From: an uncultured Chloroflexia bacterium | GTDB lineage: Bacteria > Chloroflexota > Anaerolineae > Anaerolineales > UBA4823 | Assembly (NCBI GenBank): GCA_963842455.1 | Contig: CAWJHE010000004.1 | Location: 746-64,745, forward strand | Direction: 5' to 3' | Length of the DNA: 64,000 nt | Shown: in pieces, positions 49,539-58,014 of the stretch | How positions within the stretch are numbered: position 1 is the stretch's first letter | Layout of the letters: each line of letters begins with the position of its first letter | Notes under the pieces: model-generated | Told to the model about the DNA's origin: nothing | Seen by the model: only the letters and a program-made list of their open reading frames with translations | Databases searched by the model: none | Made by a program: the position numbers and the translations under genes

Positions 49539-50618
49539 TTACGGCGAAACGGTCGGTTGCTCTTCGTTCTTTGGTTCACTCAGGGCTGCACAGCGGCCTG
49601 CAATGTCTGCATAGGCCTGTTCCAATTCGGGATCGGATGCGATCGAGAGTGCAATTTCCAATTGAGCGGCTGCATCACACCATCGTTTTTGCTGGGCTAA
49701 CAATTTGGCATAATTAAACAAGGATGTCCGATATCGCTGTGCTGCAGTCAAGCCTGAACCATCGCGCAAATTGGGCACATGAGGCGCTACCTGTCCAAAA
49801 TAATAGGCAGCCTGCCCCCAGTCAATCTCCCAGAAACTGGCGCCGGTGATATACAAGGTGGTCCAGTTCAGAATTCCTTTAGCCTCGGTATCCAGTAAGC
49901 CAAAACGAGAAGCCAGGGTCAAGTCGTAGATACCGCCTTCCAAATCGGACTTGTTGATAATTTTATCTCTGCCGCGGCTACGCAATGCCAGAAACAACAT
50001 TCCATCTACTTCCACACTGTGGAAATCCGGATCGGCTTTACGCAAGGTGAGCAAAGTTTCAAAGGCATTATCCCAATCTTCATCTAATAAATATTGCTGG
50101 CTTTGGTCAAACATTTCCTGCACACCGCGCATGTCGGGCGTAGGCGTTAGTGTTGGCGTGGGGATCAGGGTTGGGGTAGCTGTCGTATTGAGATATAGCA
50201 GCACTTCCGACAACTTATCCATAGCCCCAGGATAAGCGGGGTCAATTTGAATGACATATTCGAAACGTTGCCGGGCGCGAAAATACTGACCTTCTTCCAA
50301 CTCTTGCATTCCCAATTGGAATTGTTCACCAACTACCTGGGCAAGTTGGGTCGTTTCTGCGCTTTGACGCAGGTCAATACCTGAAGAGTAACCACCCAAA
50401 GCGCTAAGAGCGGCAATGATGATTAACGCCAGAATCCCAAGTAAAGTATAAACCAGGGTTGGAGAGCGTTTTTTCTTAAGAATGCTTGTTTCTTTCAGCT
50501 CACTGCCAATCTCTCCGGACAATCCGTTTGGCGAAAGCTGGTCGGGCTGTTGATCGTTGTCAACTGGTACATTTACAGGTTGTGGTTCGTTTGGGTTCTC
50601 ATTTTCCATGTTGCCCAT
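49539..50618 (-). CDS. Membrane-anchored TPR-like protein, function unknown
   Basis: It has an acidic N-terminus, one TM helix 'LVYTLLGILALIIIAALSALGG' and a helical repeat C-terminus. The start is at 50618 or 50609. Confidence 0.55.
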   Translation of the reverse strand: MGNMENENPNEPQPVNVPVDNDQQPDQLSPNGLSGEIGSELKETSILKKKRSPTLVYTLLGILALIIIAALSALGGYSSGIDLRQSAETTQLAQVVGEQFQLGMQELEEGQYFRARQRFEYVIQIDPAYPGAMDKLSEVLLYLNTTATPTLIPTPTLTPTPDMRGVQEMFDQSQQYLLDEDWDNAFETLLTLRKADPDFHSVEVDGMLFLALRSRGRDKIINKSDLEGGIYDLTLASRFGLLDTEAKGILNWTTLYITGASFWEIDWGQAAYYFGQVAPHVPNLRDGSGLTAAQRYRTSLFNYAKLLAQQKRWCDAAAQLEIALSIASDPELEQAYADIAGRCAALSEPKNEEQPTVSP

Positions 50619-50659
50619 TATACCGCAGCTCTTCCTTCTCGCATCATTCTTCAAAGAGG

Positions 50660-50665
50660 TATAAT
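50660..50665 (+). promoter_or_regulatory. TATAAT -10 box 6 nt upstream of the thioesterase ATG (possible leaderless start)
   Basis: Seen directly. A 'gagg' 12 nt upstream of the ATG is an alternative explanation (a distant Shine-Dalgarno). Confidence 0.3.
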
Positions 50666-50671
50666 CCTGGT

Positions 50672-51121
50672 ATGACCCTATTTCATTATTATCATCCGGT
50701 GGAAGTACGCTACTCAGACCTTGACCCTCAAGGGCATTTGAATAACGCACGTTACCTGACCTATTTTGAACAGGCGCGCATCAACTATATCGTCCACATT
50801 GGCTTGTGGCAAGGCGGCTCATTTTTAGATATGGGATTTATCGTTGCCAATGCACAGATTAATTTTTTAGCGCCAGTCTTTTTCGGCCAAAAGTTAAAGG
50901 TTGGAGCACGCATTACGCATTTAGGCAATAAAAGTATGAATATGGAGTACAGTCTGCTGGATCTTGAATCGAACCAGGAGCTGGCCAATGGTTCCACAGT
51001 TTTAGTGGCCTACGATTATCAAAGCGGAAAAACGGTCCCTATTCCAGAGCAATGGAGACAGGTTATTAGCGAGTTTGAAGGTTTATCAAGAAAATCTACT
51101 CACAGGATAGAAAACGGATGA
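50672..51121 (+). CDS. 4HBT/YbgC-type acyl-CoA thioesterase
   Basis: 'VEVRYSDLDPQGHLNNARYLTYFEQAR' is the classic hotdog-fold 4HBT N-terminus. Confidence 0.85.
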   Translation: MTLFHYYHPVEVRYSDLDPQGHLNNARYLTYFEQARINYIVHIGLWQGGSFLDMGFIVANAQINFLAPVFFGQKLKVGARITHLGNKSMNMEYSLLDLESNQELANGSTVLVAYDYQSGKTVPIPEQWRQVISEFEGLSRKSTHRIENG

Positions 51122-52164
51122 TATTACCCGATGTAAATACCAGTTACTTATTAAATTTTTTAGCTCAATTACTCAACACCCCCAGCCCAACCGGTTTTGC
51201 TCAGCAAGGAATCGAAGCGACGCGCCAGGCAATGCTAGCCTTTCCAGACATTCAACTTTCGCTCACCCGCAAAGGAGCCCTGGTGGGACACTGGAAAGGA
51301 GAACAATCCGATGCGCCACGTGCTCTAACCGCCCATGCAGACACCTTGGGAGCCATGGTTAAGGAAATTAAGCCTAATGGACGGCTGCTATTAACCAAAA
51401 TTGGTGGGTTTGCCTGGAATACGGTCGAAGGTGAAGGCTGTACAATCTTCACACGGCGCGGCGATCCGATACGCGGCTCTTTTTTGTTATCGAAGGCCTC
51501 CTCACATGTTCACGGCAAAGCAGTCATGGAAACGCCTCGCGATGACCATCAAATGGAAGTACGGCTGGATGAACGAACCCAAAATGCAGATGAAACCCGT
51601 GATTTGGGCATCGAAGTCGGAGATTTTGTTGCCTTTGATCCGCGCGTGGAGATTACAAACGGTTTTATTCGCTCTCGCCATCTTGACGATAAAGCCTGCG
51701 TGGCATGCATTCTGGCTGCCATCCAGGCTATGCAACAAGCCAAGCTGAAACCACGCCAAAACACAATTTTTCACATCAGCAATTACGAAGAAGTGGGGCA
51801 TGGCGCTTCTGCTGGCATCCCGGCTGAAGTAACCGAGTTGCTCACAGTGGACATGGCCGCTGTAGGCGATGGACAAACTTCGGATGAGTTTCACGCCACT
51901 TTGTGCGTTAAAGATTCGGGGGGACCCTATCATCATGGGATGAGCCAACGCTTGCGTGGACTGGCAGACCAATTCCAGATTCCTTATAAGGTGGATATTT
52001 ATCCTCAGTACGGATCAGACGGTGAAGCATTTTGGCGCGCTGGTGGAGATGTGGCCGTAGCCTTAATTGGACCCGGCGTAGATGCGTCGCATAATTATGA
52101 ACGCACACACACAGAGGCATTGCTAGCCACCACCCGTTGGATTCTGGCTTATTTATTGACCTGA
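51118..52164 (+). CDS. M42 family metallopeptidase (NAGGN-system-type subfamily, from memory)
   Basis: 'TPSPTGF', 'AHADTLGAMVKEIKPNGRL', 'IRSRHLDDKACVA', 'EEVGHGA' and 'SHNYERTH' are present. It overlaps the upstream stop as ATGA. Confidence 0.85.
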   Translation: MILPDVNTSYLLNFLAQLLNTPSPTGFAQQGIEATRQAMLAFPDIQLSLTRKGALVGHWKGEQSDAPRALTAHADTLGAMVKEIKPNGRLLLTKIGGFAWNTVEGEGCTIFTRRGDPIRGSFLLSKASSHVHGKAVMETPRDDHQMEVRLDERTQNADETRDLGIEVGDFVAFDPRVEITNGFIRSRHLDDKACVACILAAIQAMQQAKLKPRQNTIFHISNYEEVGHGASAGIPAEVTELLTVDMAAVGDGQTSDEFHATLCVKDSGGPYHHGMSQRLRGLADQFQIPYKVDIYPQYGSDGEAFWRAGGDVAVALIGPGVDASHNYERTHTEALLATTRWILAYLLT

Positions 52165-52184
52165 TTCCAAACAGGTCGGGAGGC

Positions 52185-53198
52185 ATGAAAATGATCCTGG
52201 ATGCTTCGTTGCCCCCAGTTCCTCTAACTCACGTTCGGCAGATCGCTCAATCAGCGGAAAAGCTTGGTTTTGCCGCGCTCTGGTCCACGGAGACCCTGCA
52301 CGACCCCTTTCTGCCCGGAGCAATCATTGCCGAAAACACCCAAAGACTTGGCTTTGGAACAGCCGTGGCAATTGCATTTGCCAGAAGCCCGGCCAACCTG
52401 GCTTATACTGCCTGGGATTTAGCGCAGGCTTCCTCCGGGCGCTTCATTTTAGGTTTGGGAACACAGGTGAAGGCTCATATCGAACGCCGCTTCGGCATGC
52501 CCTGGCCCGAATCCGTCGTTGGCAAATTGAGAGATCAAATTAATGCCATACGTGCCTTTTGGAATACCTGGCAAAACGGTGCAGCATTTAACTTCCATGG
52601 CGATTATTATCGCCTTTCATTGATGTCCCCCTTCTTTAACCCGGGTCCAATTTCCCATCCGAATATCCCTATCTACATCGCCGGTGTAAACACTGGCCTG
52701 GCCCGATTAGCTGGTGAATGCGCCGACGGCTTCCTGGTCCACCCTTTTCATTCCCCGCGCTATTTGAAGGAAGTCTTATTGCCAGCCATAGCCATCGGTC
52801 AAGAAAGAACCGGCCGTACGCAACAGTCCACAGCCATCAGCCTGACAGCTTTTGTAGCCACCTCACCTGAAGAAGTCTTTTTTGTCCGGTCTCAGATTGC
52901 TTTCTACGCTTCAACACCTTCCTACCGGGCCGTGATGAGTTTGCATGGCTGGGATGATATCGCTCAACAGCTTTCATCTATGGCTGCCCGCAAAGAATGG
53001 GCGCAGATGCCAGCATTGATCGATGACGAGATGCTGGAGACCTTCGCCCTGGTCTGCGAGCCCCGTAAAGTGGCAGAAGGTTTATTGCATCGATATTCAG
53101 GCTGGGTAGATCGCCTGGGGCTGTACCTGCCCTATACGCCAGGGGACCGGGATAAATTCTGGCAATCACTCATTATGGAATTGCAAGAAACCCCATAG
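52185..53198 (+). CDS. Luciferase-like monooxygenase (LLM) family, probably an F420-dependent oxidoreductase
   Basis: 'AEKLGFAALWSTETLHDPF', 'FILGLGTQVKAHIERRFGMPW' and 'PIYIAGVN' are present. A GGGAGG Shine-Dalgarno precedes the ATG at 52185. Confidence 0.8.
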   Translation: MKMILDASLPPVPLTHVRQIAQSAEKLGFAALWSTETLHDPFLPGAIIAENTQRLGFGTAVAIAFARSPANLAYTAWDLAQASSGRFILGLGTQVKAHIERRFGMPWPESVVGKLRDQINAIRAFWNTWQNGAAFNFHGDYYRLSLMSPFFNPGPISHPNIPIYIAGVNTGLARLAGECADGFLVHPFHSPRYLKEVLLPAIAIGQERTGRTQQSTAISLTAFVATSPEEVFFVRSQIAFYASTPSYRAVMSLHGWDDIAQQLSSMAARKEWAQMPALIDDEMLETFALVCEPRKVAEGLLHRYSGWVDRLGLYLPYTPGDRDKFWQSLIMELQETP

Positions 53199-53288
53199 GG
53201 ATTGCCATCAAAGGTTGCTGGTTTCCTTCGTCACGGAGGCTTATCGGCTATTAGAATGGAAAATTGGACAATTTATAAAGCCAATAGT

Positions 53289-53945
53289 ATGGAAAACAAA
53301 ACCCTTTTCGAGATTGACCGTGAGGACATGGTCAAGAACCAAATCATTAACAGGGGGGTTCATTCTCCCCAGGTTCTACGAGCTTTACGCGAGATCCCCC
53401 GCCATTGCTTTGTTCCGCCCGATTACCAACACCTGGCCTACGATGATGGCCCTCTACCAATCGGTCACGGGCAAACCATATCCCAACCCTATATTGTGGC
53501 GCTGATGACAGAGCTGCTCGAATTAAGCGGAACCGAAAAAGTTTTAGAGGTCGGCGCCGGTTCTGGCTATCAAGCTGCCATCCTCAGTCAACTTGCGCGC
53601 CAGGTGCACACCATAGAACGCCACGCTGGCCTGGCTCACCTGGCAGAAAAAACTCTCCGCCAGCTCAACATCGAAAATGTACACGTGCATATCGGCGATG
53701 GCAGCCTGGGTTTAGCTGAATTCGCGCCATTCGAAGCCATTCTGGTGACTGCGGCCGCTCCAAAAATCCCAAAGACCCTTTTGGATCAGTTAGCTGATCG
53801 AGGCAAGTTGGTCATACCAGTCGGTGGACGAGGCGGTCAATACCTGGAAAGATGGCGACGAGCTGGCCCAGACTATCATAAAGAAACCATCATACCGGTT
53901 GCTTTTGTACCTTTGATTGGAGAGCAAGGTTGGGAGGAAGCTTAA
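53289..53945 (+). CDS. pcm: Protein-L-isoaspartate O-methyltransferase
   Basis: 'PRHCFVP', 'GQTISQPYIVALMTE' and 'VLEVGAGSGYQAAIL' are present. Confidence 0.9.
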   Translation: MENKTLFEIDREDMVKNQIINRGVHSPQVLRALREIPRHCFVPPDYQHLAYDDGPLPIGHGQTISQPYIVALMTELLELSGTEKVLEVGAGSGYQAAILSQLARQVHTIERHAGLAHLAEKTLRQLNIENVHVHIGDGSLGLAEFAPFEAILVTAAAPKIPKTLLDQLADRGKLVIPVGGRGGQYLERWRRAGPDYHKETIIPVAFVPLIGEQGWEEA

Positions 53946-53946
53946 A

Positions 53947-54249
53947 ATGAATTTTTCGGGTATCCTCATTGCAATATTCATGCTTTTTACGATTGGTTTT
54001 GGCTTTTTCTGGGTCATTAAATTGGAATATTACCTGGGAGCGAAAATTTGGAAAGCGGTAATGGGGATTGGATTACTGATTTGCATCGTATCCTTGTGGA
54101 TGCCAGATTTTTGGAGCTCAGCCCTTCTCGGTATTTTGGGTGGTTCAGTGGTGTGGGGAGCCACGGAATTTACCGAACAAGAAAAACGTGTTCAGAGAGG
54201 GCTCTTCCCAGCCAATCCCAGGCGCTATCCACAGGACACAGTAGAATGA
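53947..54249 (+). CDS. DUF4491 family membrane protein
   Basis: 'MNFSGILIAIFMLFTIGFGFFWVIKLEYYLG...EFTEQEKRVQRGLFPANP' matches DUF4491 as I recall it. Confidence 0.7.
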   Translation: MNFSGILIAIFMLFTIGFGFFWVIKLEYYLGAKIWKAVMGIGLLICIVSLWMPDFWSSALLGILGGSVVWGATEFTEQEKRVQRGLFPANPRRYPQDTVE

Positions 54250-54524
54250 ATCACTTGGTTTCCCTGCAATGGGCTGGCCTTGTCCTGGCCCTGACCACCT
54301 TTATAACCATTGCGGCCGGTCATGTTTTGGTGCGCCGCTTGCACGCACGTTTCGGCACCCGTCCTGCCATCCCCTTTTTCATCCTAGGCAGCCTGATATT
54401 AATTTTCTCTTTGTTCAACACCCTCAACCTGGTCTCAGCAGTGTTGGGAATCACCGGTATCACCCTGGTGTGGGATGGAATAGAAATTTACCGCCAGGAA
54501 AAACGAATGCAACGTGAGAAATGA
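54246..54524 (+). CDS. DUF4491-like membrane protein (paralogue of the preceding gene)
   Basis: It has a similar length and topology, with '..VWDGIEIYRQEKRMQ'. It overlaps the upstream stop as ATGA. Confidence 0.65.
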   Translation: MNHLVSLQWAGLVLALTTFITIAAGHVLVRRLHARFGTRPAIPFFILGSLILIFSLFNTLNLVSAVLGITGITLVWDGIEIYRQEKRMQREK

Positions 54525-54553
54525 AAAACCTGCCAGAAGGACATCTGGCAGGC
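54525..54553 (-). terminator. Intrinsic terminator downstream of rnj
   Basis: A 9-bp stem 'cctgccaga'/'tctggcagg' is followed on the minus strand by TTTTT. Confidence 0.55.
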
Positions 54554-54578
54554 ATTAAGAACTTCAATGAGACAGAAA

Positions 54579-56219
54579 TTACGCCCGACTAATAGAGACA
54601 AAAACCATTGGGCGGCGTTTTGTCTTATTAAACAGGTATGACTTAATCGTTTGCTCCAGGTCCTCCTGCAAATTCGATTGACCTGAGCTGACAGCTTGTT
54701 TAATTAAATCGCGCGTAGCACTCAGCAAATCATCGCCATTGCGAGCATAGATGAACCCACGGGTGATAATTTCGGGTTCTTCCAGCAACTGATTCGTATA
54801 GCTTTGCATAGTCAGGTTGACCAGCACGAAGCCATCCCGAGCCAGGGCTTCTCTTTCGCGAACCACACTGGGACCGATATCCCCCACACCAGCGCCATCC
54901 ACAAAGACATAACCACCGGGAATGCGCTCGCCAAGATGCATTTCCCCATGTTCAAATTCGACAACCTGTCCATTTTCGATCACTGCAATGTGTTCATCCG
55001 CCATACCAACCAGGCGGGCGATGTTGGCGTGTTGTTTCAGATGTCGCAGCTCACCATGGATAGGGATAAAATACTTGGGCTGCACCAGGTGCAGCAGCAA
55101 CTTCATCTCTTCCTGGCTGGCATGTCCCGAGACATGAACCGGAGCGATGGCTTCGTAGATCACGCTTGCACCGCGCCTGAATAAGCGATTGATGGTCCTG
55201 TAAACGCTCTCCTCGTTCCCTGGGATCGGGTGAGAGGATAAAACAATCGTATCGCCAGGTAAAATATCGAATTGGCGATTGGTTCCGGTAGATAGCCGCC
55301 CCATGATCGAGGTCGGCTCGCCCTGCGTTCCGGTGGACATCAAAACGACTTCATGGGGTTTCATCTTCAAAGCCTGATCCAGGCTAACAACCAGGTCATC
55401 CGGCAAATCCAGGTAGCCCAGGTTACGCGCCATCTTGGCATTTTCCACCATGCTGGCGCCAACAAAAGTCATCTTGCGCCCGAACTGCATAGCCGCATTG
55501 GCTACCTGCTGCATACGGGAAATCAGCGAAGCAAAGCTGGCAATGATGATCCTGCCTTTTGCATTGCGAAACACATCGAAGAAAGCAGGGTCGATCACCC
55601 TTTCGGAGGGCGTCCAGCCAGGGCGGTCAGCGTTGGTCGAATCGGCCAGTAGAGCCAACACCCCGCGCCCAGCCAACTCGGCTAATTTGGCATAATCGGT
55701 TGGCCAGTTATCTACTGGCGTATGATCGAATTTATAGTCGCCGGAATGAACGACCAAACCGGCAGGCGTGGTAATGCCTAGTCCAACACCATCCGGAATA
55801 GAATGACAGACATGGAAAAACTCAACTGTAAAAGGGCCAATCTGAACCATTTCACCGGCTTGAACCGTGATTAATTGGGCTTTATCCAGCAAGCCGCCTT
55901 TCGATAGCTTGACCTCCACCAACCCACGGGTTAGCGGAGTGGCATAGATCGGAGCTTTGATCTGGTCCAAAACGTGAGTAATCGCGCCGGTGTGATCTTC
56001 ATGACCGTGAGTGATAACAATCCCACGCACCCAATCTTTTTTATCAGCCAAATAATGGATATCGGGGATGATATAGTCAATCCCCAGCATATCATTATCA
56101 GGAAACATTAAGCCTGTGTCAACGAGCAGGATATTCTCCCCGTACTCGTAACACATCATATTTTTACCAACTTCCCCTAACCCGCCCAGGGGGACGATCC
56201 TAAATTTCTTATCACTCAT
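54579..56219 (-). CDS. rnj: Ribonuclease J
   Basis: 'FRIVPLGGLGEVGKNMM', the metallo-beta-lactamase motif 'ITHGHEDHTGAI', a beta-CASP domain and an RNase J C-terminal domain are present. Confidence 0.93.
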   Translation of the reverse strand: MSDKKFRIVPLGGLGEVGKNMMCYEYGENILLVDTGLMFPDNDMLGIDYIIPDIHYLADKKDWVRGIVITHGHEDHTGAITHVLDQIKAPIYATPLTRGLVEVKLSKGGLLDKAQLITVQAGEMVQIGPFTVEFFHVCHSIPDGVGLGITTPAGLVVHSGDYKFDHTPVDNWPTDYAKLAELAGRGVLALLADSTNADRPGWTPSERVIDPAFFDVFRNAKGRIIIASFASLISRMQQVANAAMQFGRKMTFVGASMVENAKMARNLGYLDLPDDLVVSLDQALKMKPHEVVLMSTGTQGEPTSIMGRLSTGTNRQFDILPGDTIVLSSHPIPGNEESVYRTINRLFRRGASVIYEAIAPVHVSGHASQEEMKLLLHLVQPKYFIPIHGELRHLKQHANIARLVGMADEHIAVIENGQVVEFEHGEMHLGERIPGGYVFVDGAGVGDIGPSVVREREALARDGFVLVNLTMQSYTNQLLEEPEIITRGFIYARNGDDLLSATRDLIKQAVSSGQSNLQEDLEQTIKSYLFNKTKRRPMVFVSISRA

Positions 56220-56411
56220 ATACACTTACCTTGCCTCAAACAAAATACCCTGTCCGAAAAAAGTGGGCCAGGGCCTCTAATCTTACTTACATTTACAAAA
56301 ATCTTGGTGTTTGTAATGAAAAGAGGGGAAATTTCTTCTGCCCCGAGTACATATGCAAATGATTCACAATATTCATGTATGTCAAGATAAGTCCCTTTGG
56401 AAACCGGATGG

Positions 56412-56440
56412 ATTTTAGCATGTAAAAAAGTTTTTGTCAA
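56412..56440 (-). promoter_or_regulatory. Near-consensus sigma-70 promoter (-35 TTGACA, 17-nt spacer, -10 TAAAAT) upstream of rnj
   Basis: The minus strand reads 'ctttgacaaaaacttttttacatgctaaaatcc'. It implies a 5' UTR of about 185 nt. Confidence 0.5.
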
Positions 56441-56453
56441 AGAAAGTCTGCTC

Positions 56454-56853
56454 TTACTCCCCGTAAAACACCGGACTGGCCCATCTGCCGAGCGAAGGGT
56501 CATACCACCTCGCCTTATAATAATACAGCCCGAACTCAGCCTCATACGAAGCCTGGCCGGTGAACTGGTACCTGCCTGGCAGGCTGCCCTCGGCAAAACG
56601 CAGCTCACCCCAGGGCAGGTATCCCTGGCGGCTGAGCAGGCTGCCGTCCGTGTTGGCGGCCACGCTGGTGCTGCCCAGGTGATCGCCCAGCAACCATACG
56701 GGAGCAGCGCATGCCTGTACGCACGGCGACCCGCTGCGCCCCGGCGTAATAGTAACGCGTCATGCTGCTGGAGGCTACGTCCCACTCGAAGACCTCCCCG
56801 ATGTACACCGTAGCTGCTCCAGCGATCACGGATGACCACGCGCTGCCCGACAT
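56454..56853 (-). pseudogene. Rhs core remnant (third, decayed cassette)
   Basis: '..VIAGAATVYIGEVFEWDV..YYYAGAQRVAV' and 'LGDHLGSTSVAANTDGSLLSRQGYLPWGELRFAEG..GLYYYKARWYDPSLGRWASP' lie in two frames. Homology to the two larger Rhs genes stops after 'RWASP', before the DPxGH motif. No toxin domain is present. Confidence 0.8.
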
Positions 56854-56869
56854 GATCTACACATCACAC

Positions 56870-57815
56870 TCATATCATATCTGCACGATCATGGTGCCAG
56901 CTCGGGTAATACCCGCCTTCCAGGATCGCCTCAGGTTTCGCGCTCATGGATATTGACTTTGTAAATGAATACTTTCTTGCGTTTAGAATTTTCTGCGGAT
57001 ACATAATGGTGATAAACAAGATCCACAATCCATCCGGCGACCAGTACAGTTTTAGTATCTCTTGACCAGGGATAACCTCGTTCTCCATGGATCAAAGAGA
57101 GGTTCATCGGTTAAGCCTGATTGTCTACAGCATCGTCGTCAGCAAGCGAGATCACATACAATCCATCCAAGACCGACAAAGGCAATCTGGCTGCTATCCG
57201 GCGACCAGCTGGGATTGATGCCTTCCGCCAACTGGGTTTCCATTCCATTTGTCAAATTCAAAAGCATCAGTCGATACTGCTCGTCACCTTGTGGACCTAC
57301 CACCAGCCCGTAGACCAGTTCTTGCCTGGCTCGGGAATACGAAAACCCTGAAACTACATATCCAGCTTGATCCGAGTAATCTACCAAAAATTGTTTTTCT
57401 TCGCAAGTTGCAATGTCAAAGTGCACAATAGCCTCGAATTTTGTACAATCACGGTGTAAGGGTTTTCAGGGTCATCATAACTTTGTATCTGTTCGAAATA
57501 TGGTAGATTCCAATCGCAGACCTTGAAACGTTTCTTGCGCAAGTCCCAAACAGCCGGGCGACCTATACCTAACCCCTTACCTCTTGACAATCCGTAAAGA
57601 TATTGCCCATCCGCAGACCAGACCGGGCTTGTGAACTGGCGTTTGAGATCAAACACCTGGTTGCCTCGCCCATCAGCATCCACAAAACCGAGCCCATTAA
57701 ATCCTGCCTGGTAGATAATCTCTTTGTCTGGCAAGTTGTGGGGGATTGCCGGTTGGCAGGCAGGCGCACAAACCAGGAAAATCAAAGAAACGACGACCAT
57801 TTTGAAGGATTTCAT
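56870..57815 (-). pseudogene. Exported PD40/TolB-like beta-propeller repeat protein, split by several frameshifts
   Basis: It has a signal peptide 'MKSFKMVVVSLIFLVCAPAC' and PD40-like 'SPVWSADGQYLY', 'NPSWSPDSSQIAF' and 'LYWSPDGLWILF' in three different ORFs (57381-57815, 57139-57426 and 56870-57088). Confidence 0.55.
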
Positions 57816-58014
57816 CGCATTAACATCCTGTTTCTGACATGGGAAGCGCCGAAAACGTTATCCAGGTCTGGCAAGGCGGGTATGGGGATCGTCTCCTGAT
57901 GGAAGGTTATCATCGAATTCGGTGGGATGAAAATATTGGAAGCAGACCAGACCTCATCGAAGCTGTCGAAGTTTCTTTCTTTTTTAGTATCGTTTAAGAA
58001 TATCGTTTTCTGAA

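Noticed and set aside
56216-56839. 207-aa minus-strand ORF spanning the rnj start, the rnj promoter and the Rhs remnant
   Set aside because: It is an out-of-frame read-through of the GC-rich Rhs remnant plus the intergenic region. It overlaps a near-consensus promoter and the better-supported Rhs frames.
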